Positions 50,371 to 60,139 are shown, counted from the first letter of the stretch. The stretch: 64,000 nucleotides of DNA from Minisyncoccota bacterium (GCA_963668425.1 OY764332.1:41241-105240); one strand, 5' to 3'. The notes: generated by a model from the letters alone, not told the origin. Numbers and translations are program-made.

Positions 50371-50961
50371 TTACTTACTCTCTTCAGCATTTCGCCACAC
50401 GATATACAGCGGGTTTATAATCAGCCCTGCCACTACAAGCACGACGCCGATGGCTGTCAAGACAGCAAGTGCAGCTGCCGTCTCATTGTTTGACTCTGCA
50501 AATTTTGTTATTTCTGTGTGTAAGATAATTGTTCCTATCATTATGCCGAGTACTGCATATATCCGAGATCCCCATCGTAGCAGTGCTTGCCATAGTGGTT
50601 GTCTATTTTTAAGGAGTAAAAATAGCGCTGTGCCGGCGAGGAGTGGAATATACACCTGCTTTAGATAAAACACTATAGCTTCGGGGATGGATAGAGAGCC
50701 GTAGGAGCGATGCATTAAAGATGGAACACTTAACACGAGTAGAATAACACTGAAGGCAATTGCAATCCGTTGGTGTCCATGCAGATCCAGCATTGAGAAT
50801 ATCGCTAATGCCGTTGCTGTTGCGAGTGCTATGGTTAGGAGCAGTCCGTACCATGGCATATCAGTTAAATTGCCGTTGAACCATGCTAGCATAAAAATCA
50901 AAAATGACAGTACTATTGATCCATAATCAAACAATGTTATGTATGTTTTCCTTCCTTTCAT
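50371..50961 (-). CDS. Multi-pass membrane protein
   Basis: 196 aa, about six hydrophobic segments. Confidence 0.7.
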   Translation of the reverse strand: MKGRKTYITLFDYGSIVLSFLIFMLAWFNGNLTDMPWYGLLLTIALATATALAIFSMLDLHGHQRIAIAFSVILLVLSVPSLMHRSYGSLSIPEAIVFYLKQVYIPLLAGTALFLLLKNRQPLWQALLRWGSRIYAVLGIMIGTIILHTEITKFAESNNETAAALAVLTAIGVVLVVAGLIINPLYIVWRNAEESK

Positions 50962-51039
50962 GTATATGCATAGTATACAGTATGCGAGATATGCTGTTCT
51001 ACGTTTTTAACATGCTGGTGGTCAAAGGGTTGTCAGGCA

Positions 51040-52695
51040 CTAATACATGCCACCGCCCATAGCCGCCGCCGGATCCATCTCTGGCTTATTTTCTTTTTCA
51101 GGAATATCAGTTACTGCCGCTTCAGTTGTCAAAAAGATACCAACTGTTGAAACTGCATGCTGCAAGCCACCACGTGCAACCTTTACTGGATCAATAATAC
51201 CGGCAGAAAACATGTCGTCAACATACAACTGCTTCAGTGCATTATACCCCGCTGTTTTACTTGCTGCATCCTGCACTTTTCGCACAACTGCTTTTCCTTC
51301 GCCATCGCCAATAGCATTCTCAACAATCCGCATCAATGGTGCTTCAAGTGCATCTGTAACGATTGCATATCCCTTTTCTTCGTACTCGTCATTCCACTGT
51401 ATATTTGCTCTCTGATCCCTTAGGTGTTTTGCGATATGCACGAATGCTGCGCCGCCGCCGGCAATCACCCCTTCTTCAAGTGCCGCCTTTGTTGCGTTTA
51501 CTGCATCTTCTATCTTCAGTTTCAGGTATTTCATCTCTGCCTCAGTTGCTGCACCAACACGGATAACTGCCACACCTCCGGAAAGTTTTGCGATTCTCTC
51601 TTGTAATTTTTCTTTTTCAAATGACTGATCTGTCTCTTCAAGCGTTGCCTCAAGCGAGCGAATACGTTCATCAACTGCCGGTTTCACATCAGATGCGCCT
51701 ACAATAATTGTGCTGTCTTTTTTTGCGACAACACGGGATGCCCTGCCGAGTACCTCGGTACCGATATTTTCAAAAGACATGCCGGCATCTTTAGAGACAA
51801 CCTGCGCTCCGATTGTTGTTGCTATGTCACCAAGCACATCTTTCTTCTGGTCACCAAACCCAGGTGCTTTTATCGCAAGCACATTAAAGGTGCCACGCAG
51901 TTTGTTTAGGACAAATGTGGTTAATGCTTCACCCTCAACATCTTCGGCAATAATCACTAAATCTTTAGTCCCCATTTGTGTCAGTTTTTCAAGGAATGGC
52001 AAAATTTCTTTCACGCCGGAGATTTTTTCGGTTGTTATTAACACTGGTACATCTTTGTACTCTGCTTCAAGGCGGTCTGGATTAGTCATCATGTATGGCG
52101 AGATATACCCGTTATCTATCTCCAAACCTTCCACGACCTCTGACTCAATGCCGAATGATTGCGATTCCTCAACGGTAACAACTCCTTTGTTGCCGACTTT
52201 TTGCACGGTTTCGGCGATGATTTTTCCAAACTCCTCTGATTCGGCGGACACTGATGCAATATGCGCTACTTCAGCATCATTAGAGATGTTCCGCTTCATC
52301 TGTGTTAACTGCTCTTCAGCCATTTTATGCGCTCGTTCCATACCTCGCCGCACAGACATTGCGTTTACCCCCTTGTCAATTTGCTTTAGCCCTTCATCAA
52401 CCATAGATTGTGCCAACACTACTGAAGTGCTGGTTCCGTCCCCCGCTAATTCATTGGTCTTATTGGCAACTTCTTTGATGATGTCAGCACCGATGTTTTC
52501 AAATGGGTCCTCAAGAGAAATTTCCTTTGCAATAGAAACACCGTCATTGGTAATAGTCGGCCCGCCAAATGACTTTTGTAGAGCGACATTCCGCCCGAAC
52601 GGTCCGATAGTAACCCCGACCGCTTTTGCAACAGCATCAACACCCTTTTTTACTTTGGCGCGTGCTTCTTCGTGAAATATAATTTGTTTAGCCAT
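51040..52695 (-). CDS. groL: Chaperonin GroEL
   Basis: TITNDGVSIAKEI, AGDGTST, KAPGFGD, GGM tail. Confidence 0.98.
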   Translation of the reverse strand: MAKQIIFHEEARAKVKKGVDAVAKAVGVTIGPFGRNVALQKSFGGPTITNDGVSIAKEISLEDPFENIGADIIKEVANKTNELAGDGTSTSVVLAQSMVDEGLKQIDKGVNAMSVRRGMERAHKMAEEQLTQMKRNISNDAEVAHIASVSAESEEFGKIIAETVQKVGNKGVVTVEESQSFGIESEVVEGLEIDNGYISPYMMTNPDRLEAEYKDVPVLITTEKISGVKEILPFLEKLTQMGTKDLVIIAEDVEGEALTTFVLNKLRGTFNVLAIKAPGFGDQKKDVLGDIATTIGAQVVSKDAGMSFENIGTEVLGRASRVVAKKDSTIIVGASDVKPAVDERIRSLEATLEETDQSFEKEKLQERIAKLSGGVAVIRVGAATEAEMKYLKLKIEDAVNATKAALEEGVIAGGGAAFVHIAKHLRDQRANIQWNDEYEEKGYAIVTDALEAPLMRIVENAIGDGEGKAVVRKVQDAASKTAGYNALKQLYVDDMFSAGIIDPVKVARGGLQHAVSTVGIFLTTEAAVTDIPEKENKPEMDPAAAMGGGMY

Positions 52696-52803
52696 ATTTA
52701 GTACTGTAATACCACCTTAAGATTAATAATAAGTATTTTCATTATAATGAAAACGGCAAAAAAAATCAAATCTTGGCTTTTTTGCTGCCTTATTTTGGCT
52801 GTC

Positions 52804-53106
52804 TTACCCTGTCCCTAAGATGCCGAGCAAACTGCTTTCACCGACCAAGTGGTATTCTTTTCCCTCAATTTCTACCTTTTCGCCCCATGAAAATACAACT
52901 CTTTGTCCAATCTCCACTTTTGGCTTGATAACTGTTCCATTGTCAGTTTCTCGTCCGTCACCAACTGCAATAACTTTGCCTATAGTAGTAGCACCACCGC
53001 CTTCTTCGGAGTTTTTTGGGATAATGATGCCGGATCGCGTCTCTTCACCCTTTTCTTCAGCTTCAACAAGGACACGATCACCTAATGGTTTGATTGCTAT
53101 ACTCAT
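52804..53106 (-). CDS. groS: Co-chaperonin GroES
   Basis: IKPLGDRVLV, TRSGIIIP, GKVIAVG. Confidence 0.96.
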   Translation of the reverse strand: MSIAIKPLGDRVLVEAEEKGEETRSGIIIPKNSEEGGGATTIGKVIAVGDGRETDNGTVIKPKVEIGQRVVFSWGEKVEIEGKEYHLVGESSLLGILGTG

Positions 53107-53290
53107 ACTAAATTAATTTATTAAAAAATTAAATAATACCTACGTAACCTTTAAATAAATTGATTACCTTTTAAGTATGACACAAAAACTACTTAAATGC
53201 AAAACTTTTGATCCGCCGGCTCATTTTTTATGCTTTTCTGATTGCTATTTGCGTATACTCCATCATCATTGTGCGGTATAGTACTGCTAT

Positions 53291-54727
53291 ATGCTTACGT
53301 CGTTACTTTCTACTGTGCTATCGCGCAAAAAAAAGGCCTACTTTATCGGTATTGCTGGTGCGGGAATGAGTGCAGTCGCCCAGCTTTTAAAAACGCGTGG
53401 CTGGAAGGTGAGTGGCTCCGATGAGGGCGCATACCCACCGATCACCACATATCTTGAACAGCACAATATTCCGTATACCAAAACTCACAGCAAGGACTCC
53501 GTGCCGAGGGACGCTGATTTGGTGGTTGTCGGCAAGCATGCTGGGCTCACTAGAGAAGAAAATGAAGAGGTTGCTTTTGTCTATGATAATAACTTTACCA
53601 TTCAGTCGTTTCCAGAAGTGCTGCATGACCTTACACAGCACACCCGCAATATTATATGCGCGGGTAGCCATGGTAAATCAACCTGCACAGGTTTGCTGAC
53701 GTGGTGCCTTCTTGAGCAAGGTCCCAGTTTTTTCATTGGCGCCCTTCCTTATAATCTTGATACAAATGCGCGCTCAGGTAAGGGAGACCTGTTTATTCTT
53801 GAAGGAGATGAATACCCCGCATCAAATACTGACACTACGTCAAAATTTCTTTACTATAACGCGAGTGATGTGCTTATCACCTCATTGGAACATGATCATC
53901 TCAACGTATTCAACACTCAAGAAGCGTACACAGCACCCTTTCTTCAGCTTATAGATTCACTGCCGACTGATGGGTGGCTGGTTATGAGTGGTGAAGATGA
54001 GCACATACAAAAAACACTGCCACGTATATCAAGAAAGATAGTAACCTACAGCACTGATCAACGATTTGAAACTGATTGGTATGCGAGAGATATCACCTAT
54101 GGGGAGGAGACCCATTTTGATCTGTATCGCAATGGTGATCATGTTACCCATCTTGCTACTACCCTACTTGGGCGACACAACGTAGAAAACATCATCGGCG
54201 TCTCTGCTTTATTACTGGAAAAAAATCTTCTAACAGCGGAGACACTGCAGCAAAAAGTGCGTTCGTTTACCGGCATCAGACGCCGACTAGATAAAAAAAC
54301 AGAACAATCGTCAGTTTTATTGTATGAGGGCTTTGGCTCATCACACAGTAAGGCACAATCCGCTATTGTTGCAATGAAAACACATTTTCCTGAAAGACGA
54401 TTATTGATTATTTTTGAGCCGCATTCACTTTCATGGCGTAGAAAAGAATATCTTAAGCACTATCAAGGGCTTTTTGATGACGCGGCAAAGGTGTTTGTCC
54501 ATATTGATTCTGTGCCTGTACCAAAAGATGGCACTACCGTATCTGGTGAGGATTTATTTGCTCATATTAAAGATAGTGGTGTTGCTGCGGTACGCCTCAA
54601 GAGCGATCTTGCGCCAGTCCTTGAGGAAGTTCAAAAAGATGATGTCATCCTCTGTCTCTCTTCTGGTGACATAGGTGGCATTCTCCCGACTCTCACGCAA
54701 GCATTAGAACAGCGGTTTTCTGGTTAA
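53291..54727 (+). CDS. MurC/Mpl-family Mur ligase
   Basis: FIGIAGAGMSAVA, VSGSD..YPP, GSHGKST, LEGDEY, LEHDH, GRHNVEN, GIRRRL. Confidence 0.88.
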   Translation: MLTSLLSTVLSRKKKAYFIGIAGAGMSAVAQLLKTRGWKVSGSDEGAYPPITTYLEQHNIPYTKTHSKDSVPRDADLVVVGKHAGLTREENEEVAFVYDNNFTIQSFPEVLHDLTQHTRNIICAGSHGKSTCTGLLTWCLLEQGPSFFIGALPYNLDTNARSGKGDLFILEGDEYPASNTDTTSKFLYYNASDVLITSLEHDHLNVFNTQEAYTAPFLQLIDSLPTDGWLVMSGEDEHIQKTLPRISRKIVTYSTDQRFETDWYARDITYGEETHFDLYRNGDHVTHLATTLLGRHNVENIIGVSALLLEKNLLTAETLQQKVRSFTGIRRRLDKKTEQSSVLLYEGFGSSHSKAQSAIVAMKTHFPERRLLIIFEPHSLSWRRKEYLKHYQGLFDDAAKVFVHIDSVPVPKDGTTVSGEDLFAHIKDSGVAAVRLKSDLAPVLEEVQKDDVILCLSSGDIGGILPTLTQALEQRFSG

Positions 54728-54799
54728 CGTAAAGAGCTGTATATGATACGTGTACTAATTGCAACTGGTGACTAATTGTTTCTTTTTTCTATCTTAAAA

Positions 54800-54859
54800 A
54801 ATATGCCACCCACCTTATACTATTGTAGTAAGGATGGGTGGCGTGTTAGTAGTTAGCTA
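54800..54859. repeat. ~58-bp imperfect palindromic repeat, copy A
   Basis: aatatgccacccaccttatactattgtagtaaggatgggtggcgtgttagtagttagcta; similar to 55887-55944. Confidence 0.8.
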
Positions 54860-55870
54860 TTCTTTTTTGTTGTGCTGGACTATTCCGTGTTGGACTACTC
54901 CTGCTCCAACTATAATAAACTTGAGATGCCCGCCGGTTATTACATTGCCCTGAAGGACGACTGCCGTCTTTCCTTCTTTGATGGACTCTTCTACGCCAGC
55001 TTTGTATGCACTGGCTGAAGCCATCGTTTTAGCAATTTTCTCACTATAGTCCTCAGCAATCTGCGCTCTTATACTGTCAATTTTGCTGAAATCTGAGACC
55101 TGGTACCTTCCCTTAGGGAGAGTAGATACCCGGAAATATACCTCTTCTTCAGACACAACGAACTTAAGATACCCACCGATTAGTCGGCTGCCCTGCAGAG
55201 TTGCTACAATTCGTCCTTCTTTGACGGACTCTTCTACACCGGCCTTGTATACACCGAATGAAGTCATCGTTTCGGCAACTCTCTCACCATAGTCCTCAGC
55301 AATCTGCGCTCTTATGTTGTCAATCTTGCTTATATCCGATATCTTGTAGACATTGCTGGGAGTAGTGGGTACTACTGCAACAGGTGTTTGATTTACCTGA
55401 GGTTTCTGAGTTCCCTGCTGTTTAAGAGGGCTTGAGTGTGCACCTCGGAGTCCGACTGCCTTGAATCCACGAATTGCTGGTACGGTACGGGTTACCTGTC
55501 TTCGAATTGTTATCCGTTTGGTACTGGAACCCTGAGCTTGATTGACTGGATACTTTTCAAGTAGCATTTCCAGCAATCCTATTGTTGCTCCGTCCTCAAG
55601 GTACTCTTTTCCTTCCTGCTTTGCTTGTAGGATCCTAACGCCAACCTCTTGGGCTTTTGGATTATCTTTCCCAAGATCTCTTCCTGTCAGATCAGACGCA
55701 TACTCCAGTGCTTCCTCTAATGGGATCTTGTAGCCATCGTTGTCACTCTCGGTAGTAACGAATGTTGGCTCTATTGACCGAACAGGTTCTTTATCACTAG
55801 GATTTGCATCTGCAAAACTATGTGTCATGCATACGACAACAATGGTCGCTATAATGACTAATCGTTTCAT
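54857..55870 (-). CDS. Orphan secreted protein with a duplicated ~68-aa C-terminal domain
   Basis: AGGAGG then MKRLVII signal peptide; two copies of Y..SD.SKID.IRAQIAEDY.E..YKAGVEES.KEG..LQG..GG.LKF. Confidence 0.8.
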   Translation of the reverse strand: MKRLVIIATIVVVCMTHSFADANPSDKEPVRSIEPTFVTTESDNDGYKIPLEEALEYASDLTGRDLGKDNPKAQEVGVRILQAKQEGKEYLEDGATIGLLEMLLEKYPVNQAQGSSTKRITIRRQVTRTVPAIRGFKAVGLRGAHSSPLKQQGTQKPQVNQTPVAVVPTTPSNVYKISDISKIDNIRAQIAEDYGERVAETMTSFGVYKAGVEESVKEGRIVATLQGSRLIGGYLKFVVSEEEVYFRVSTLPKGRYQVSDFSKIDSIRAQIAEDYSEKIAKTMASASAYKAGVEESIKEGKTAVVLQGNVITGGHLKFIIVGAGVVQHGIVQHNKKE

Positions 55871-55886
55871 TTTCTCTCCTCCTGAG

Positions 55887-55944
55887 AATGTGCCACCCAC
55901 CTTATACCATGGTAGCAAGGTTGCGTGACGTTAGTAGTCAACTA
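55887..55944. repeat. ~58-bp imperfect palindromic repeat, copy B
   Basis: aatgtgccacccaccttataccatggtagcaaggttgcgtgacgttagtagtcaacta. Confidence 0.8.
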
Positions 55945-56170
55945 CTTTTTTGCTGTACTTAAGAACAAGCCCCTCTTGAGGTCTATTTTTCAGTATATCA
56001 CAGAGTGCCTCTACCCATGATGCGGAACTCTTTTTCTGATGCGCGCTCAAAAATGTTATCCTGTTGCTTCTGTGCTTTCTGGTGCCCCCCATAGAAATTT
56101 GCATTGGAATATTATCTTTCTCTGGTTCAAATTTTTCATTCGGCTGAAATTCTTTTACTAGTAGCAGCAC
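55931..56170 (-). CDS. Small hypothetical protein
   Basis: 79-aa ORF directly downstream of ychF; no recognisable motif. Confidence 0.4.
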   Translation of the reverse strand: MLLLVKEFQPNEKFEPEKDNIPMQISMGGTRKHRSNRITFLSAHQKKSSASWVEALCDILKNRPQEGLVLKYSKKVVDY

Positions 56171-56181
56171 GTTATGGTGAA

Positions 56182-57264
56182 TTATCCATGCCGAAATACA
56201 ATAACGTCTCCGTCTTGGACAATGTATTCCTTTCCTTCCAGTCGCAAGTCACCGCTATCTCGTGCTGAGGCATATGAGCCGGCACTGATGAGGGTGTCAT
56301 GCATGACGACTTCGGCGCGGATAAAATTCTTTTCAAAGTCAGTGTGAATCACTCCTCCTGCCTGTGGTGCTGTAGAGCCGGCAGGTATGCTCCACGCCTT
56401 GGTTTCTTTTTCGCCGGTAGTAAAAAATGTGATATAGCCCAGCGTTTTGTATGCCGACTGTATAATTGCATCAAGTCCACCGCCTGCGACCGCCAACTCT
56501 TTGCGCATATCTTTTGCCTCCTGCGGATCAAGTACGGATAGCTCTTGTTCAGTTAGTGCAGATATCGTAACTACTTCGCTTCCCGTTCGTGTTGCGCATT
56601 CCTGCACCTGCTCTACACTTTTCTCATCATAGTGTGTCCCAATGTTACACACATACATCACGGGTTTGACTGTGAGAAGACCTAATTCGCATAATTGTTT
56701 TGTTTTATCTTCTGTGAGTGAAAGTGATGCTACCATCCGCCCAGTTTGTAGCATTTTCACCACTTCCTCCAGTAGCGCTTTTTCGGCTATTGCCACCTTA
56801 TCACCCCGTTTCACCTCTTTTTCAATTTTCTCTAATCGTCGTTCGGTGAGCTGCATGTCTGCCAATAGTAATTCTGTTTCTATTACTTCAATATCTCGTG
56901 TTGGATTGATATCGCCGTCTACGTGCGTTACTGCATCGTCAAGAAAACAGCGGACTGTATGCGCAATGGCATCCACTTCGCGAATGTGCGAAAGAAATGC
57001 ATTACCCAGCCCTTCGCCAACTGAGGCACCGCGCACTAGCCCTGCGATGTCAACAAATTCAATCACTGTCGGTATAACCTTTTCAGATGCAGACATCTTT
57101 GCGAGTGTGGCAAGCCGCTCATCTGGCACTGCCACTACTCCGACAGACGGATCAATCGTGCAAAATGGGAAATTTTCTGCCGGTACTGATTTCTTTGTTA
57201 GTGCATTAAATAAGGTGCTTTTTCCTGTATTTGGTAATCCAACGATACCTATTGCTATGTTCAT
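56182..57264 (-). CDS. ychF: Redox-regulated ATPase YchF
   Basis: GIVGLPNTGKSTLFNALT, FPFCTIDP, DIAGLV, GEGLGN.FL, EGKEYIVQDGD. Confidence 0.97.
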   Translation of the reverse strand: MNIAIGIVGLPNTGKSTLFNALTKKSVPAENFPFCTIDPSVGVVAVPDERLATLAKMSASEKVIPTVIEFVDIAGLVRGASVGEGLGNAFLSHIREVDAIAHTVRCFLDDAVTHVDGDINPTRDIEVIETELLLADMQLTERRLEKIEKEVKRGDKVAIAEKALLEEVVKMLQTGRMVASLSLTEDKTKQLCELGLLTVKPVMYVCNIGTHYDEKSVEQVQECATRTGSEVVTISALTEQELSVLDPQEAKDMRKELAVAGGGLDAIIQSAYKTLGYITFFTTGEKETKAWSIPAGSTAPQAGGVIHTDFEKNFIRAEVVMHDTLISAGSYASARDSGDLRLEGKEYIVQDGDVIVFRHG

Positions 57265-57328
57265 ATTGTACTTGGCAGTATACCACCCAAACCTTGTGCA
57301 TTAGCGGGTATTTTAAGGTAAGAAATCC

Positions 57329-57877
57329 TTATACAGATGCCTTTGTGTGCACCTTGTTTTCTTTTTGCTGTATTATTTTATCCCGCAGAGTAAGGGCAAG
57401 CACTGAGTATATTTGCGTTATAGGGAATCCGTGTTCATAGAGAGCGTCTTTTGCTATTCTCTGTGTTTTTTCGTCTAATTCCTCATAGATGTCTCGACTA
57501 ACCTCTCGTGCTTTTTCTTCTATGTCCAATTTTATATCTAGGATGGAAAAGTGTTCGGCAGACAATCTCTCTAACCTGTCTTCTATTATCTTTTCGGCGT
57601 TTATTTTCTCTGCAATGTCTCTGCCGGCTTTGCTCAATCTTACTGGGCTGTTTGATTCTTCTGTGCCACCTCCCTCTTTTTGTGAAAGCATCTGTACAGC
57701 TACCTCAAGCCTAAAAATAGATTTTTGTATGTTAGATAGTTCTTTTTTAATGGCATCTACAACTTTTTCCTTCTCCTCCCACTTGCCCGCAAAAAAGGCA
57801 ACTTTGTACACGGCAGCAATGCAGGTAGCAACTACCGTAATACCACCACCGATTGATGCAAACTCTAACCATGTCAT
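57329..57877 (-). CDS. Membrane-anchored hypothetical protein
   Basis: N-terminal TM, short coiled coil, SNSPVRLSKAG. Confidence 0.7.
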   Translation of the reverse strand: MTWLEFASIGGGITVVATCIAAVYKVAFFAGKWEEKEKVVDAIKKELSNIQKSIFRLEVAVQMLSQKEGGGTEESNSPVRLSKAGRDIAEKINAEKIIEDRLERLSAEHFSILDIKLDIEEKAREVSRDIYEELDEKTQRIAKDALYEHGFPITQIYSVLALTLRDKIIQQKENKVHTKASV

Positions 57878-58041
57878 AGTAATAATGTACCATCAGTGTA
57901 CATTCTTGTGTCAGGTTGTCAAGAAATACACCCCAGGCATGCCGTGGGGAGAGGCGTTGATCGGCATCGCATCAAAATACCTAAAATCCCCCTTATTCTT
58001 GCATATCTTGGTATACTGTTATTATTCACTATGACACAAAT

Positions 58042-59514
58042 ATGACACAAAAACGCCCGCCAATTATTGCTGTAGTAGGTCATATAGACCATGGAAAGTC
58101 AACCCTTCAGCATGCGCTTCGTAAAGCAGATGATGACCTGTCTGAAGCAGGTGACATTACCCAGCACATTGGTGCATATGAATTGCATGCCCGATATGAA
58201 GGTGCGGAACGTAGGGCAACCATTATAGACACCCCTGGTCATGAGGCATTTTCTATGGTGCGAGAACATGGACTTGATCTTGCTGATATCGCTCTTTTGG
58301 TTATCTCCTCGGAAGAGGGGTGGAAAGAGCAAACTGCAGAAGCGTATGCCACGATACAGGAGAAGCAATTGCCGCATATTATTGTGTTTACCATGATTGA
58401 CAAGTCGCAGGCGAATATAGAGCGTGCGAAGCAGACCGTGATGCAGGCAGGGGTGCTTCTTGAGGGGCTTGGTGGCTCAGTGCCGTGGATTGGGGTCTCA
58501 TCAATCACTGCCGAAGGTATCAGTGACTTAGTAGAGCTCATATTCCTTACGACTGATGTATATGAAATTATAGAAGACCGAAAAGATGGTTCGGTCGGTA
58601 TTCTTGTTGAGGCAGTGGTTGACTCAAAAATTGGCATAACCGGCACTGTTATTGTATTGCAAGGGGTGCTGGAGCAGAGTAAGTATATTCGTGTTGGTGA
58701 CACTATCGCCCCGTTGCGCATTATGAAAGATGATAAAGGAGGAATGATCTCTGCCGCAAAGCCGTCTATGCCAGTACAAGTTGCCGGCTTTAATGCTATC
58801 CCACTGGTTGGCACTTCGGTGTTTCTGTATACGACAAAAAAAGAGGCGCTTGAAGCGATAGAGAAACATCAATCGCTCAGTAGTCAAAAGGATACTGCAG
58901 ATGAGACAAAAAAGGTTGTTATCCCCCTTGTTTTGCGATCAGACACTGCATCTGGACTCTCCTCCATACAACAGGCGATTGATACGGTTGCCTCGGATGG
59001 TGTGCAATTTACGATCATCAAAAGTAGCGTGGGAAATATAACTGAAGAGGATGTTCGTCTCGCCCTTGCCCAGTCGGGCGGACAGGTGCTTGGTTTTCAT
59101 ACCCAAGCCGATCAACGGGCAAAGCATCTCGCCGAGCGGAGTAGTATTTCTATTAACCTCTTCCCTACTATCTATGAAGTGGTGCAATGGGCAACGCTAC
59201 TTTCAACACAAAAACAAGAAGCGTATGAGATACAAAATCCGACTGGCACTGCAGACATTATTCGTATTTTTGAAGAACAGCAAGCGCAAAACATCTACAT
59301 TGTTGGCGCACAAATACAGAATGGCTCTTTTTCTGTGGAACAGCATATCGCTATTCTCAGAAATAAAGACATTGTTGGGCGGTTTGTCGTTGAGTCCATT
59401 GAGCAGCGAAATAGTACACAGGAGATGGCATCTGGTGAAAAAACACAGTTTGCAATGCGTATTCGTGGCACTGGTGAGGTGAAGGTGAGTGACACTGCAT
59501 TTGCACTTCCTTAA
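58042..59514 (+). CDS. infB: Translation initiation factor IF-2 (short form)
   Basis: RPPIIAVVGHIDHGKST, EAGDITQHIGAY, IDTPGHEAF, VGNITEEDV; followed by rbfA. Confidence 0.92.
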   Translation: MTQKRPPIIAVVGHIDHGKSTLQHALRKADDDLSEAGDITQHIGAYELHARYEGAERRATIIDTPGHEAFSMVREHGLDLADIALLVISSEEGWKEQTAEAYATIQEKQLPHIIVFTMIDKSQANIERAKQTVMQAGVLLEGLGGSVPWIGVSSITAEGISDLVELIFLTTDVYEIIEDRKDGSVGILVEAVVDSKIGITGTVIVLQGVLEQSKYIRVGDTIAPLRIMKDDKGGMISAAKPSMPVQVAGFNAIPLVGTSVFLYTTKKEALEAIEKHQSLSSQKDTADETKKVVIPLVLRSDTASGLSSIQQAIDTVASDGVQFTIIKSSVGNITEEDVRLALAQSGGQVLGFHTQADQRAKHLAERSSISINLFPTIYEVVQWATLLSTQKQEAYEIQNPTGTADIIRIFEEQQAQNIYIVGAQIQNGSFSVEQHIAILRNKDIVGRFVVESIEQRNSTQEMASGEKTQFAMRIRGTGEVKVSDTAFALP

Positions 59515-59538
59515 AAGCAACGTACTATATTTACCACT

Positions 59539-59844
59539 ATGCAAAAGAACCCATTTCGCACCGGTAGAGCACATACCGTACTACATCAGGCAATAGCCAA
59601 TTTTCTCAAAGAAAATGCTAATGATGAGCCATTTATTACTATATCGTATATTGACCTCAACAAAGCAGGAACAACCGTTACGGTCTATTGCTCTGTCTTC
59701 CCAAAAGAGCAACAAGAGTCAGTGCTCACTTTTCTTAAACGTAAAGAATCTCATTGTCGTGATCATCTTAAGAAACACACTGCCTTACGTATAGCCCCTG
59801 CCGTTCGCTTCGTCCTTGCAAAAGAGGTTTCTTTTGATGCTTGA
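59539..59844 (+). CDS. rbfA: Ribosome-binding factor A
   Basis: 101 aa after infB; ITISYIDL..VYCSVFP..LRIAPAVRF. Confidence 0.85.
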   Translation: MQKNPFRTGRAHTVLHQAIANFLKENANDEPFITISYIDLNKAGTTVTVYCSVFPKEQQESVLTFLKRKESHCRDHLKKHTALRIAPAVRFVLAKEVSFDA

Positions 59845-59900
59845 ATCACCGATGGCATCCTGTTTGCTTTAAGATGGTACTTGTTGCCATGGTGGCAAAT

Positions 59901-59933
59901 AAAAAAAGCGGTAATGCCTAGGCATTACCGCTT
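59901..59933 (-). terminator. Perfect 28-bp palindrome with U-tract on the minus strand
   Basis: aaaaa-aagcggtaatgcctaggcattaccgctt. Confidence 0.75.
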
Positions 59934-60067
59934 CCTAATGAACAAAACAACTAGCGAATGAACAAAAAACATGGAACTGTCCGAGGACAGTTTCGCCACC
60001 ATGCTTTTCATTCCATTCATTACCAGTGTACCGCCATCACCACTTTCAAGCAAGAGGATATTTTCAG

Positions 60068-60139
60068 AGGCGTGGGCGGGAATCGAACCCGCGTATAGAG
60101 GTTTTGCAAACCCCTGCCTTACCACTTGGCTACCACGCC
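60068..60139 (-). tRNA. tRNA-Cys(GCA)
   Basis: GGCGTGG/CCACGCC-U73, loop TT-GCA-AA. Confidence 0.95.

Noticed and set aside
53107-53290. CIRCE element upstream of groES
   Set aside because: No TTAGCACTC-N9-GAGTGCTAA match seen.
54800-55944. Canonical integron attC sites
   Set aside because: No complementary RYYYAAC/GTTRRRY core pair and no integron integrase in the window.
51047-57304. Long antisense ORFs over groEL and ychF (e.g. 51710-52675, 56642-57304)
   Set aside because: Typical antisense shadows of conserved genes with no independent coding signal.
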